A DNA stretch of 64,000 nt, taken from assembly GCA_938084645.1 (NCBI GenBank), contig CALKEP010000022.1:64001-128000 (forward strand), read 5' to 3'. The stretch comes from an uncultured Phycisphaerales bacterium. Lineage in GTDB: Bacteria; Planctomycetota; Phycisphaerae; Phycisphaerales; SM1A02. This document shows positions 1-8,887 of the stretch, one piece after another (positions within the stretch are counted from its first letter, which is position 1; every line of letters begins with the position of its first letter). Made by a program: the position numbers and the translations under genes. The notes under the pieces were generated by a model. The model was given only the letters and a program-made list of their open reading frames with translations, did not search any database and had not been told where the DNA came from.

Positions 1-2
1 TC

Positions 3-653
3 GGGTTGCCCGGCGGATTCAGTTATGGAGATGACGGCGGCGCAGGTCGGGTGCTCGCCCAGTTGATCCGTCGCGGCCTCTATCCCGCGCTCGCGGCCGC
101 GGTCGAGCGTGGGGTGCCGATGATCGCGCCGTGCAACGGCTTCCAGATCGCGGTGCAGGCCGGCCTCCTGCCGGGACCGGCCGAAGGGGAGTCATGGCCC
201 GTGGAGCCTGCGGTTCCGACCGTCGCGCTGGCGCCGAACGAGCTCGGGCGATTCCACGACGTGTGGACCGGCGTGGAGATTCCCGAGTCGACCCGGTGCA
301 TCTGGACCGCGGGGCTCGGGGCGGTTCCGTCCGAGGCGATGGTGCTTCCCTCCGCGCACGGTGAAGGCCGCTTCGTGGCCCCCGACGAGATGATGGCGGC
401 GCTGGAGTCCGAAGGTCGGATCGCCCTGCGGTACACCGAGGCCGATCACTTCAACGGTTCTCGTGGGCGGGTGGCCGGCATCTGCGATGCGAGTGGTCTG
501 GTCTTCGGTCTGATGCCGCACCCGGAGCGATACACGCGGTGGTCCCAGCATCCCACCTGGACGAGACTCGAGGCTTCCGTCCGACGCGGCGACACGCCGG
601 GCCTCGCGATGTTCAGAAACGCGGTGCGCCACGCCACGGCCGTCGTGCGTTGA
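3..653 (+). CDS. purQ: Phosphoribosylformylglycinamidine synthase glutaminase subunit PurQ (5'-truncated by window edge)
   Basis: PGGFSYGD, catalytic CNGFQ, AHGEGRF, GLMPHPER motifs. Confidence 0.93.
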   Translation, partial: GLPGGFSYGDDGGAGRVLAQLIRRGLYPALAAAVERGVPMIAPCNGFQIAVQAGLLPGPAEGESWPVEPAVPTVALAPNELGRFHDVWTGVEIPESTRCIWTAGLGAVPSEAMVLPSAHGEGRFVAPDEMMAALESEGRIALRYTEADHFNGSRGRVAGICDASGLVFGLMPHPERYTRWSQHPTWTRLEASVRRGDTPGLAMFRNAVRHATAVVR

Positions 654-1555
654 AATCCGTGCCGGTGTCTTCCGAGGTCAGGAGTCCGAAGGGCTCACCC
701 CCGGCGAAGTGCGGGCGTTGTGGATACGAACTCACCGGTCTCAAGCCGCGTTCGCGGTGCCCTGAATGCGGTGCCCGTGATGCGGGGGGACGAATTCGAG
801 ATGCGGATTCCCTCGCCCGCTCCTCCTACTCCAGCATCGTCGGGGTGATCTGGCGTTCGGCCGGAGTCATGATCGGCCAGGTCGGATTCCTCTTGGTCGC
901 GATCTCGATCATCCGGACGTTTCCGGTCTGGCTCGCCGTTTTCGCGGCCGTCTGGGTGACCGCGGGGGTGTGGTTCCGGACCAGCATCGAACTGGATCCC
1001 GATCGGGATCACGGAGTTCCGTTTCGAGGGCTGCGACATCTGCTGCGAATCGCCATCCTGCTCGGCGCTCTGGGACTGGTGATCGTCGCGCTCGTACCGG
1101 GCGTGCCCCGCGGTTCGATGATCGAGGCGGGCTCGATCACGGTGGTGCTCGCGGCAGGGGTGGTCGCGGCGGTGCTGGGTCGCCGGACCGCCTGGTGGTT
1201 GCAGCACGAGCTCGCACAGGGGAACCTCGAGGCGGCGCCGTGGGCCTGGATCCTGACGCTCGGTGGCGTGGTGCTGGTGCTTGGTTCGCACTTCGCCGGG
1301 CTCCTGCCGCCCGGGGGGATCTCGGCGACCGGCCCCAAGCTCGCGTTGGCGGCGTTCGTCGGCGCGATCGGGTGGGCCGCCGTCGTCCTGTTCGCGGACG
1401 TCCTCGTCTTCGCGTCATCGATCCGCTGCCTGCTGCATCGCGCCCACTACGAGGATCTCGAGAGGCGGCGTGAGGAGAGGCGTGCGGAAGCGGCACGGGA
1501 CTTCGACGACCGGGTTCGTCTGATGGATGGCGGCGGAAAGACCGGGCGAGATTGA
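650..1555 (+). CDS. Zinc-ribbon (CxxC..CPECG) multi-pass membrane protein, unknown function
   Basis: CGRCGYELTGL..RCPECG followed by several hydrophobic segments and a charged tail; TTG at 650 overlaps the purQ stop (start uncertain). Confidence 0.75.
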   Translation: MKSVPVSSEVRSPKGSPPAKCGRCGYELTGLKPRSRCPECGARDAGGRIRDADSLARSSYSSIVGVIWRSAGVMIGQVGFLLVAISIIRTFPVWLAVFAAVWVTAGVWFRTSIELDPDRDHGVPFRGLRHLLRIAILLGALGLVIVALVPGVPRGSMIEAGSITVVLAAGVVAAVLGRRTAWWLQHELAQGNLEAAPWAWILTLGGVVLVLGSHFAGLLPPGGISATGPKLALAAFVGAIGWAAVVLFADVLVFASSIRCLLHRAHYEDLERRREERRAEAARDFDDRVRLMDGGGKTGRD

Positions 1556-1569
1556 AAGGAGCACGAGGC

Positions 1570-2547
1570 GTGGCGAAGAAGCAGCGTGGAGCGGAAGACG
1601 TCGCGAACTCCGGGGGCGATCGCCGACCGTGGCTTGGATCGCATCTGTCCATCGCGGGCGGGATGCACCATGCGCTGGAAGCGGCCGAGACGCTCGGTTG
1701 CGACTGTGTCCAGGTGTTCACCAAGAATCAGCGGCAGTGGAAGTCGAAGCCACTCGCCGAAGGCGACGTCATGGCGTGGAAGGCGGGCATCGAGCGGCTG
1801 GGCTGGACCGAGCGGCGGAATCGAGTGGTCAGTCACAACAGCTATCTCGTGAACATGGCGTCGCCTGATTCCGAGGGTTGGGAGAAGTCGGTCACGCTTC
1901 AGCGCGACGAACTGGAACGATGCGAGGCCCTCGGGATCCCCGCCTGTGTCGCGCATCCGGGTGCCCATCTGGAGTCGAAGCGGAAGCCCGGCGAGCCGAA
2001 CGTGCTCGGGGTCGCACCGACGCCCGCCGAGGAGAAGGGGCTCGGTCGCATCGTGGCCGCGCTCGATCGACTCGAGCGGGAGACCCGGGGGTTCGAGGTT
2101 CGGACCGCACTCGAGAACACGGTGGGAAGCGGGACCAATCTCGGGTACGACCCGGGTCACCTCGCGTGGATTCGGGACCGGGTCGCGGCACCGGAACGGG
2201 TCGGTTTCTGTTTCGACACGTGTCATGCGGTCGCCGCGGGCCACGACATGTCCACCGTCACGAAGGCGCAAAGCGTGCTCGCCCGACTCGACGCGACCTG
2301 CGGGCTCGATCAAGTGATCGCGGTCCATCTCAACGACTCGGTCGGTGATCTCGGCAGCCGGAAGGACCGGCACGCCCATATCGGACATGGGACGTGCGGA
2401 ATCCCCTGTTTCGAAGCCGTGCTGGGGGTTCCGGCGTGGCAGGAGATCCCGATGGTGCTCGAGACGGAGAAGGAAGGCGGGCTCGACGGCCGATCCTGGG
2501 ACGCGATCAACCTCGAAATGCTGGGTTCCTTGTCACCTCGTGCCTGA
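1570..2547 (+). CDS. nfo: Endonuclease IV (AP endonuclease)
   Basis: GSHLSIAGG, QVFTKN, HNSYLVN, HPG, LENT, DTCH, HLNDS..DRH..IGHG, LET motifs; GGAG upstream of GTG 1570. Confidence 0.95.
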   Translation: MAKKQRGAEDVANSGGDRRPWLGSHLSIAGGMHHALEAAETLGCDCVQVFTKNQRQWKSKPLAEGDVMAWKAGIERLGWTERRNRVVSHNSYLVNMASPDSEGWEKSVTLQRDELERCEALGIPACVAHPGAHLESKRKPGEPNVLGVAPTPAEEKGLGRIVAALDRLERETRGFEVRTALENTVGSGTNLGYDPGHLAWIRDRVAAPERVGFCFDTCHAVAAGHDMSTVTKAQSVLARLDATCGLDQVIAVHLNDSVGDLGSRKDRHAHIGHGTCGIPCFEAVLGVPAWQEIPMVLETEKEGGLDGRSWDAINLEMLGSLSPRA

Positions 2548-2606
2548 TTATGCCGACGGAAGACACGTGGAGGGCTGATCCTCCGCACCCGAGGCTTGAA
2601 TCAACC

Positions 2607-3632
2607 ATGTCCAAGAATCCACTGCTCATCGTCCTTTCCTTGCCCCTCGTGCTCGCCGCATGCAGGAGTGGAGGCAACGAACAGAGCGAGGACTCGTTCT
2701 CGCTGCCTGCGCCCACTCGCGTCGTCGCCGATGTCCGGGAGCCGACCGCGATCCAGAGTTTCCGCAATGACGAAGGTCGGGCGGCGATCGAGGCCGGGGA
2801 TCATGAGAAGGCCATCCAGATCTTCGAGGAACTCCTCGATGAGAATCCATCGCTGACCGTCGCCTACATCGGGATCGGGGTCGCGTACGAGGACATCGGT
2901 GAGTACGAGCGCGCCGAACCGGCCTTCGCGCGTGCGACCCGTCTCGACCCGAGGAACTTCGAAGCCCAGCTGGGATACGGTGAAGTGCTTCAGGTCCTTG
3001 GCAAGCTTCGTGAAGCGATTCGGGCGTATCAGCAGGCGCTGGCCGTGGATCCGAACAGCGTCGAGGCGCTGGTCGGCATGTCGAGCTCCTATCTCGGGTT
3101 GGACATGGCGTCGAACGCCATCGCACCCGCGGAGCAGGCGGTGGTGCTGTCCCCGGACGACGGCCGCGCCCGCGCCGATCTCGGCGAGGCCTACATGCGG
3201 GTCGACCGGATGAGCGATGCCATCGACGCCTTCGAGATCGCGCTCGAACTTCTGGGCAACGAGCCGGCGGTGATTCGAAGCCTGGTGGAGTGCTACGCCA
3301 GCGAGGAGCGATTCGCGGAAGCGATCAACGCGGGGCAGGTCCTGGTCGCGATCGAACCGGCTCCGCAGGCGTGGGAGCGACTCGGTCGCGCCTACTTCCG
3401 GCAGGGTGACTACGACGGAAGCCTCGAGAGCTATCGTCGGGCCGTCGAGCTGGACCCCCGGTACTGGCCCGCCCTCAACGGCATCGGGGTCAACGAACTC
3501 AACGAGTGGCTTCGTTCCGACCGCACCGAGGCCGCGGCCCGGGAGGCGGCCGGTGAGGCGTTCCGAGCGAGCCTTCGCGTGTACCCTGAGCAGCCCAAGG
3601 TCGTCCAGTTGCTGACGACCTATCCGCTGTGA
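2607..3632 (+). CDS. Tetratricopeptide-repeat lipoprotein
   Basis: Lipobox LAAC after a hydrophobic N-terminus; repeated TPR patterns (AYIGIGVAY, AYQQALAVDP, YRRAVELDP). Confidence 0.85.
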   Translation: MSKNPLLIVLSLPLVLAACRSGGNEQSEDSFSLPAPTRVVADVREPTAIQSFRNDEGRAAIEAGDHEKAIQIFEELLDENPSLTVAYIGIGVAYEDIGEYERAEPAFARATRLDPRNFEAQLGYGEVLQVLGKLREAIRAYQQALAVDPNSVEALVGMSSSYLGLDMASNAIAPAEQAVVLSPDDGRARADLGEAYMRVDRMSDAIDAFEIALELLGNEPAVIRSLVECYASEERFAEAINAGQVLVAIEPAPQAWERLGRAYFRQGDYDGSLESYRRAVELDPRYWPALNGIGVNELNEWLRSDRTEAAAREAAGEAFRASLRVYPEQPKVVQLLTTYPL

Positions 3633-3648
3633 CCCGACAGGACACGCC

Positions 3649-4023
3649 ATGCGACCGATCGCCGAAGAGATCCTCGAGTTCTTCGACAACCCCGGAGCCG
3701 AGCCCTACGTCATCGAACATCGGCACGAGGAGTTCACCTCCGTCTGCCCGATGACCGGCCATCCCGACTTCGGGACCATCATGCTCCGCTATCAGCCCGC
3801 CGCGGTCTGCGTCGAGCTGAAGAGCCTCAAACTCTACTTCCACGCGTTCCGCAACGAAGGCATGTTCTTCGAAGCGGTGACCAACAAGATCCGCGACGAC
3901 CTGGCTCGAACCACGAGCCCCGTCTGGATGCAGGTGGTCAGCGACTGGAAGGGACGCGGTGGGGTCAAGAGCCGGGTGATCGCGCCCTGGGGCGACGTGC
4001 CGCCGGAGTTCCGGGCGGGCTGA
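3649..4023 (+). CDS. queF: preQ1 synthase (short, single T-fold 7-cyano-7-deazaguanine reductase)
   Basis: EFTSVCPMTGHPDF, VELKSLKLY QueF motif, GRGG. Confidence 0.93.
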   Translation: MRPIAEEILEFFDNPGAEPYVIEHRHEEFTSVCPMTGHPDFGTIMLRYQPAAVCVELKSLKLYFHAFRNEGMFFEAVTNKIRDDLARTTSPVWMQVVSDWKGRGGVKSRVIAPWGDVPPEFRAG

Positions 4024-4029
4024 ACGCGA

Positions 4030-6708
4030 TCAGCCGCCGAAGAAGATCGTGGCGCCCTCGATGGATTCGATGCCGTCGAAGTCGTTCAGGCCTTCGAATC
4101 CCTTTCGGGCCGGTTCGGATCGTGGCGCCTTCCTCACGACCTCGGACTGTGCGGGCGTGAGAATCGACAGGAGGCTTCGAACGGTGCGTTCGTCGAGTTC
4201 GGTTCGGGCGAACCTCACCTGTTTTCGGTCGGCACCGGCCTTCTGCATCCTGCTCATGTCGAACGCGGCCCCGGGCATCGGCATGCCACCCTCGGCACGC
4301 CGCTGGATCGCCACCAGCGAGCGGCACGCGGCGGTCCATTCGGTCAGCCATTCCGCCCGCAGATCGATGATCGCGGTTCGCTGGGCGGCATCCAGATCCG
4401 GCAGCGCGAGTGCGGCGTCGAATCGAGATTCCGGGGAGTCCGGATCTCGGAAGCAGGACGGATGGGCGGCGCGGTCGACCGCAAGCAGGAAATCCGAACG
4501 TCGATCGCGCGGTAGCGCAGCGGCCATGCGATCCCGCCAGGCCGCCTGCTTCGAACGCATCGAACGCTCGAGTTCGGCACGCTGTCCGAGGGCCCGTTCG
4601 AACGCCCGGGGGATTTCCAGATCGGCGTCGGCGGTCATCGCCCCGGAGGCCATGTCGCTGAACATCTCCAGCTCCGCGGCCTGCACGATTCGATCCAGTT
4701 CGATCGACGCCTTCGCCCGATCGAACTGGGCGGCCGTCATCTCCGTCGCGTACTCCACCCCCAGCGTCCCGGCCAACGAATCGGTGACCTCGGTGACGAT
4801 CTTCTCCAGATCGAGGTTCGCCAATTGATCGCCGTTCGAGCCGATGCTCATCCCGGGGTGCGATCCGATGCTTGCGATCGCGATTTCACGTCGTCGCCTC
4901 CGGACGGTCGCGTCGAGCACCTGCTCGCCGTCGATCAGGACCGCGAGATCGCGGAAGAGCGCGGCGTCGAGCGCGTCCGCTTCGTCGAGGATCCGCAGAC
5001 GCAGCGATGCGGTCCGATCGATCGCGTTCCTCCGGCCATCCAGCGTCGTCTCGTCGGCGTTCATGGCCGGAAATCCGGCGACCCGACTCGACCGCCAGTC
5101 GGCGACGGGGCCCTCGTCCAGCGCCTCCCATGCATCCCGATAGTCCGCGAAGAGCGAGTCGGCGATCGATCGCATCCCGTTCGCGACGCCAAGGCGTTCG
5201 AGGATCAGTGCGTAGGCGGCTGGTTCGATCGGTCGCGGAATTCGTTCTCGAGCACCGCGGAACCAATCGGCCGGATCACCACCCATCTCCAGCATCGGTG
5301 ATTCGAGATCACCGAGATCGTCGAGATCGAAGCTGGCATCACCGATCACCATGATGGATGTGCCGATGGCGGTGGCACCGCCTTCGCCCCCGAAGAAGAT
5401 CTCCTTCGGCGCGACCGGGGCGTTCCGTCGGGCGAGTACGGTCGGGGCGATGGCTTCGAGTCGGGCACGAACCTCGCGATCGAGCGTTGAGCGTTCCGCG
5501 AGAATCCGTCCGCTCGCCGACGTCGGCTCGGGGTTCGAACCGGCGACCACCTCGCCGTCGGAACCGATCACGGTCAGGCTGATCGCGGACATTCCCATGA
5601 CCGTCTCGTTCGACGATTCCTCGCCATCGCGAATCTCCTTCGTGATCGCCCGGAGCAGTCGAGCCTCGATCTCGGCGTGCCGGATTCGCCACGATGACTC
5701 GAGGGCTCGAATCTCCTCCATCGTTTCGGCCTCGATCACGCCTCGTTCCTCGGCCTCGACCGCGGACTCGAAGAGGCCTCGAGGGGACGTGCGGTCTGGA
5801 AAGATCGCGGGAAGCGTCGCCTGGCGCCAGGCGTCGTCGATCGCGATGGCGAACGGTTCACCGTCCCGAAGACCCTGCGTGAGCTCGTCGTGGAACGCGG
5901 TGTCGGCCTGAAGGATGCTCGCCTGAAGCACGCGGGCATCCTCCGAAGCGATCGACTTCGCGGCCTGTCGAGCGCGGAGCCACGAATCGATCATGCCTTC
6001 GCGGCCGTCACCAGCGACCGCCAGTATCTGGAGATCCGGTGGTTCGACGTCACGCATCGCTTCGGCGGCCCGGAGCGGGCGTTCGATGACGAGATCGGCG
6101 AGACGTTCGAGGCGTTCGGTCCGGCTCCGGTCGTGATCGAGCGCCCGGTTCCTCATCGCGTCGTCGATGACCCATGCCGGGTCGCCATCGCCGTCGGCGA
6201 CCACGGCCTCGAGCACCTGGGTCGGTTCGATGCGGATTCCTCTGGAGAACCTCCGGCCGATCACCGCATGGGCGCGATCCCGCGTTCGGCGGGCGGCGGC
6301 ACGTTCGATCGCGTCGGGATCGAGGCCCGCGAGCGTCAGTTCGCTGAAGAGCGTTCGATCCAGGGCGGCGATCGCGGAAAGGAGTCGCCGCCGATCCTCG
6401 ATCTCGGCTCGGATCAGATCGGGATCCGGTGATTCGAACATTCCGGAGCCTTCCCGTCGCCGCTCGAGCCAGGCCTCGATCCGGCCGTTTCGGAGTGTTT
6501 CCATGGCGGCGAGATATCGCGCCATCGGTTCGTCGATCAGGGTTGCCGGTGGATCGGTGATTCCAGCGCCTTCGAGGAGCCGTTCGAGTGCCGCCGAGGA
6601 GACGGGATCCGGAAGGCCGCGAGCACCCTGGGCGTGGGCCGCCGGGCTGGTGGCCGGGGCGATCAGAAGGAATGCCAGGCAGGTGAACAGGAGACGGGAG
6701 TTGCCCAT
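4030..6708 (-). CDS. Large secreted alpha-helical hypothetical protein with internal two-fold repeat
   Basis: Signal-peptide-like N-terminus MGNSRLLFTCLAFLLIAPATSPAAHAQ; long ORF with coding-like codon usage. Confidence 0.8.
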   Translation of the reverse strand: MGNSRLLFTCLAFLLIAPATSPAAHAQGARGLPDPVSSAALERLLEGAGITDPPATLIDEPMARYLAAMETLRNGRIEAWLERRREGSGMFESPDPDLIRAEIEDRRRLLSAIAALDRTLFSELTLAGLDPDAIERAAARRTRDRAHAVIGRRFSRGIRIEPTQVLEAVVADGDGDPAWVIDDAMRNRALDHDRSRTERLERLADLVIERPLRAAEAMRDVEPPDLQILAVAGDGREGMIDSWLRARQAAKSIASEDARVLQASILQADTAFHDELTQGLRDGEPFAIAIDDAWRQATLPAIFPDRTSPRGLFESAVEAEERGVIEAETMEEIRALESSWRIRHAEIEARLLRAITKEIRDGEESSNETVMGMSAISLTVIGSDGEVVAGSNPEPTSASGRILAERSTLDREVRARLEAIAPTVLARRNAPVAPKEIFFGGEGGATAIGTSIMVIGDASFDLDDLGDLESPMLEMGGDPADWFRGARERIPRPIEPAAYALILERLGVANGMRSIADSLFADYRDAWEALDEGPVADWRSSRVAGFPAMNADETTLDGRRNAIDRTASLRLRILDEADALDAALFRDLAVLIDGEQVLDATVRRRRREIAIASIGSHPGMSIGSNGDQLANLDLEKIVTEVTDSLAGTLGVEYATEMTAAQFDRAKASIELDRIVQAAELEMFSDMASGAMTADADLEIPRAFERALGQRAELERSMRSKQAAWRDRMAAALPRDRRSDFLLAVDRAAHPSCFRDPDSPESRFDAALALPDLDAAQRTAIIDLRAEWLTEWTAACRSLVAIQRRAEGGMPMPGAAFDMSRMQKAGADRKQVRFARTELDERTVRSLLSILTPAQSEVVRKAPRSEPARKGFEGLNDFDGIESIEGATIFFGG

Positions 6709-6904
6709 GGTGGACGGATCCAATTCGGGATTGTCTGGCGGAAGGAGACTGGTACCGCTGCGATTCGCGGAAGGTGCATCAGCCACCGGTGAACCGCACG
6801 ATACATGGCGAGCGGTTGCCTCCGACGACGGGTGAGGCGATACTGCGGGGCTCGGGTCGGATTCGGCCCCTCCATGACAACCGATCTCCCCGGAAAGGGG
6901 CCAG

Positions 6905-8872
6905 ATGTCCTTCGAAGCCGCAGTTCACGCCAAGGCCATTGATCTCGATCTCCTCGCACTCGACATGACCGCCGCCGCGGGAAGCGGCCATCCGACCAGT
7001 GCCATGAGCATCGGGCATCTGGTGACCGTCCTGATGTACGACCACATGCGATGGACGCCCGCGGATCCACGGAATCCCGCTTCGGATCGACTCGTGCTGA
7101 GCGAGGGGCACGCGGTGCCGATGGTCTACGCGGCTTGTGGAGATCTGGGCGTGGGCATCGGGCGCGATGGCGATGAGCTCCGTCCGATGACCCGGAAGGA
7201 CTGTCTCGCACTGCGCGACGACGCGTCGATGATCGACGGTCATCCCAATCCGGTCGAGGGCTTTCCCTTCTTCGACGCCGCGACCGGTTCGCTCGGTCAG
7301 GGACTCTCGGTCGCCGCGGGACTCGCGGTCGCCACTCGCCTCGATGAGATCGACAAGCGGATCTTCTGCATCATCGGAGACGGAGAAAGCCGCGAAGGGC
7401 AGATCTGGGAGGCGATCGAATTCATCGTCGACCATCGATTGACGTCGGTCGTGCCGATCTTCAACTGCAACCGATACGGGCAGGCGGACCAGGTCTCGGA
7501 TCTCCAGGGGCCCGAGGTCACCCGCGCGAAACTGGAAGCGGTCGGGTTCCACGTCGAGACGGTGGATGGACATGATCCGAACGCGATTCGAACGGCGCTG
7601 GAGACGGCTCGGGAGCGAACGGGCCGACGCGAATGCGTGGCGATCATCGCGAACACCGTCAAGGGCTGGGGCGCACCGTCGCTTCAGGGGGGTGGATGGC
7701 ACGGCCGTCCCGCCACCGGCGAGCGACTGCGTCAGGCGAAGATGGAGCTCGGTGAGACGAATGCGAAGCACACGTCCGCGCTGGGAGCCACCGACCGGCT
7801 CCGGATCACCCCGCCCGAGGCGGTCGAGTCGATCCCGCGTGAAGCCGCCCCGCGAGAGCGCTTCACCGAAGCGATGAAGCGATACGACATGGGCAGCACC
7901 CTCGCCACCGGCCGGCTCGCGACCCGGAAGGCGTTCGGACTCGGGCTCCGGGTGGCGGGTCACGCGCACGCCGGTGTCCACGTGCTCGACGCGGACGTGC
8001 GAAACTCGACGTTCACCGACTGGTTCGCGAACGATCGCGAACTCGCCTCGCGTTTCAGCGAGTGCAAGATCGCGGAGCAGAACATGGCGTCGGTCGCGGT
8101 CGGGATCTCGGCGGGCGGTCGCATCCCGGTGATGGCGACCTTCGGTCGTTTTCTCTCGCGGGCGTGCGACCAGATCGAGATGGGGATCAACAGCGGCGCG
8201 AATCTCAAGATCGTGGGCAGTCACTGCGGAATCAGTCTCGCGGCGGACGGCCCGAGTCAGATGGCGCTCTCCGACGTGCCGTGGTTCCGCTCGTTCTCGA
8301 CGGTGAAGAACCATCGCGGCGAGCCGGCGTGTTGGACGCTCCAGCCGGCCGACGCCTACGCCGCGTTCGCGCTCACTCGGACGATGATCGACCACGATGG
8401 GCCCTGCTACATGCGGGTGTTCCGTCCGGAGGTCGAGTTCCTCTACGACGACGCGACGACGTTCCGTCTCGGTGGTTTCGAAGTGCTCAACGAAGGTCGC
8501 GATCTCATGATCGCGACCGCGGGCTACATGGTCCACGAGTGCAACAAGGCGTTGGAACTGCTGGACAAGGCGGGGATCGACGCGACGCTGGTCGACATGT
8601 ACTCCCTTCCCTTCGACGAGGACGGGATGCTCGACGTCGCCAACGAGAACGGCGGGAACATCCTCGTCGTCGAGGACAACTACGGCGGTGGCCTGGGTTC
8701 CGCGATCGCGGACGCGTGCACCTCGGGGGGCGATGCGTTCACGGTTCGGCAACTCCACGTCCGTCGCATCCCGAAGAGCGCACGCACCACCGACGACGTG
8801 ATGCGGCAGTGCGGCCTGGACGCCGCGAGCATCACCGCGGCGGCGGCAGCGATGGTCGGCGTCTCGGTCTGA
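6905..8872 (+). CDS. tkt: Transketolase (single chain)
   Basis: [34 protein letters not shown] TPP motif, IAEQNM, DGPSQMA. Confidence 0.92.
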   Translation: [655 protein letters not shown]

Positions 8873-8887
8873 GTCGATTCCGATCGG

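Noticed and set aside
3649..4023. queF as part of a 7-deazaguanine DNA-modification system
   Set aside because: No dpdA/tgt-like, queC/D/E or folE neighbours; ordinary queuosine pathway role is sufficient
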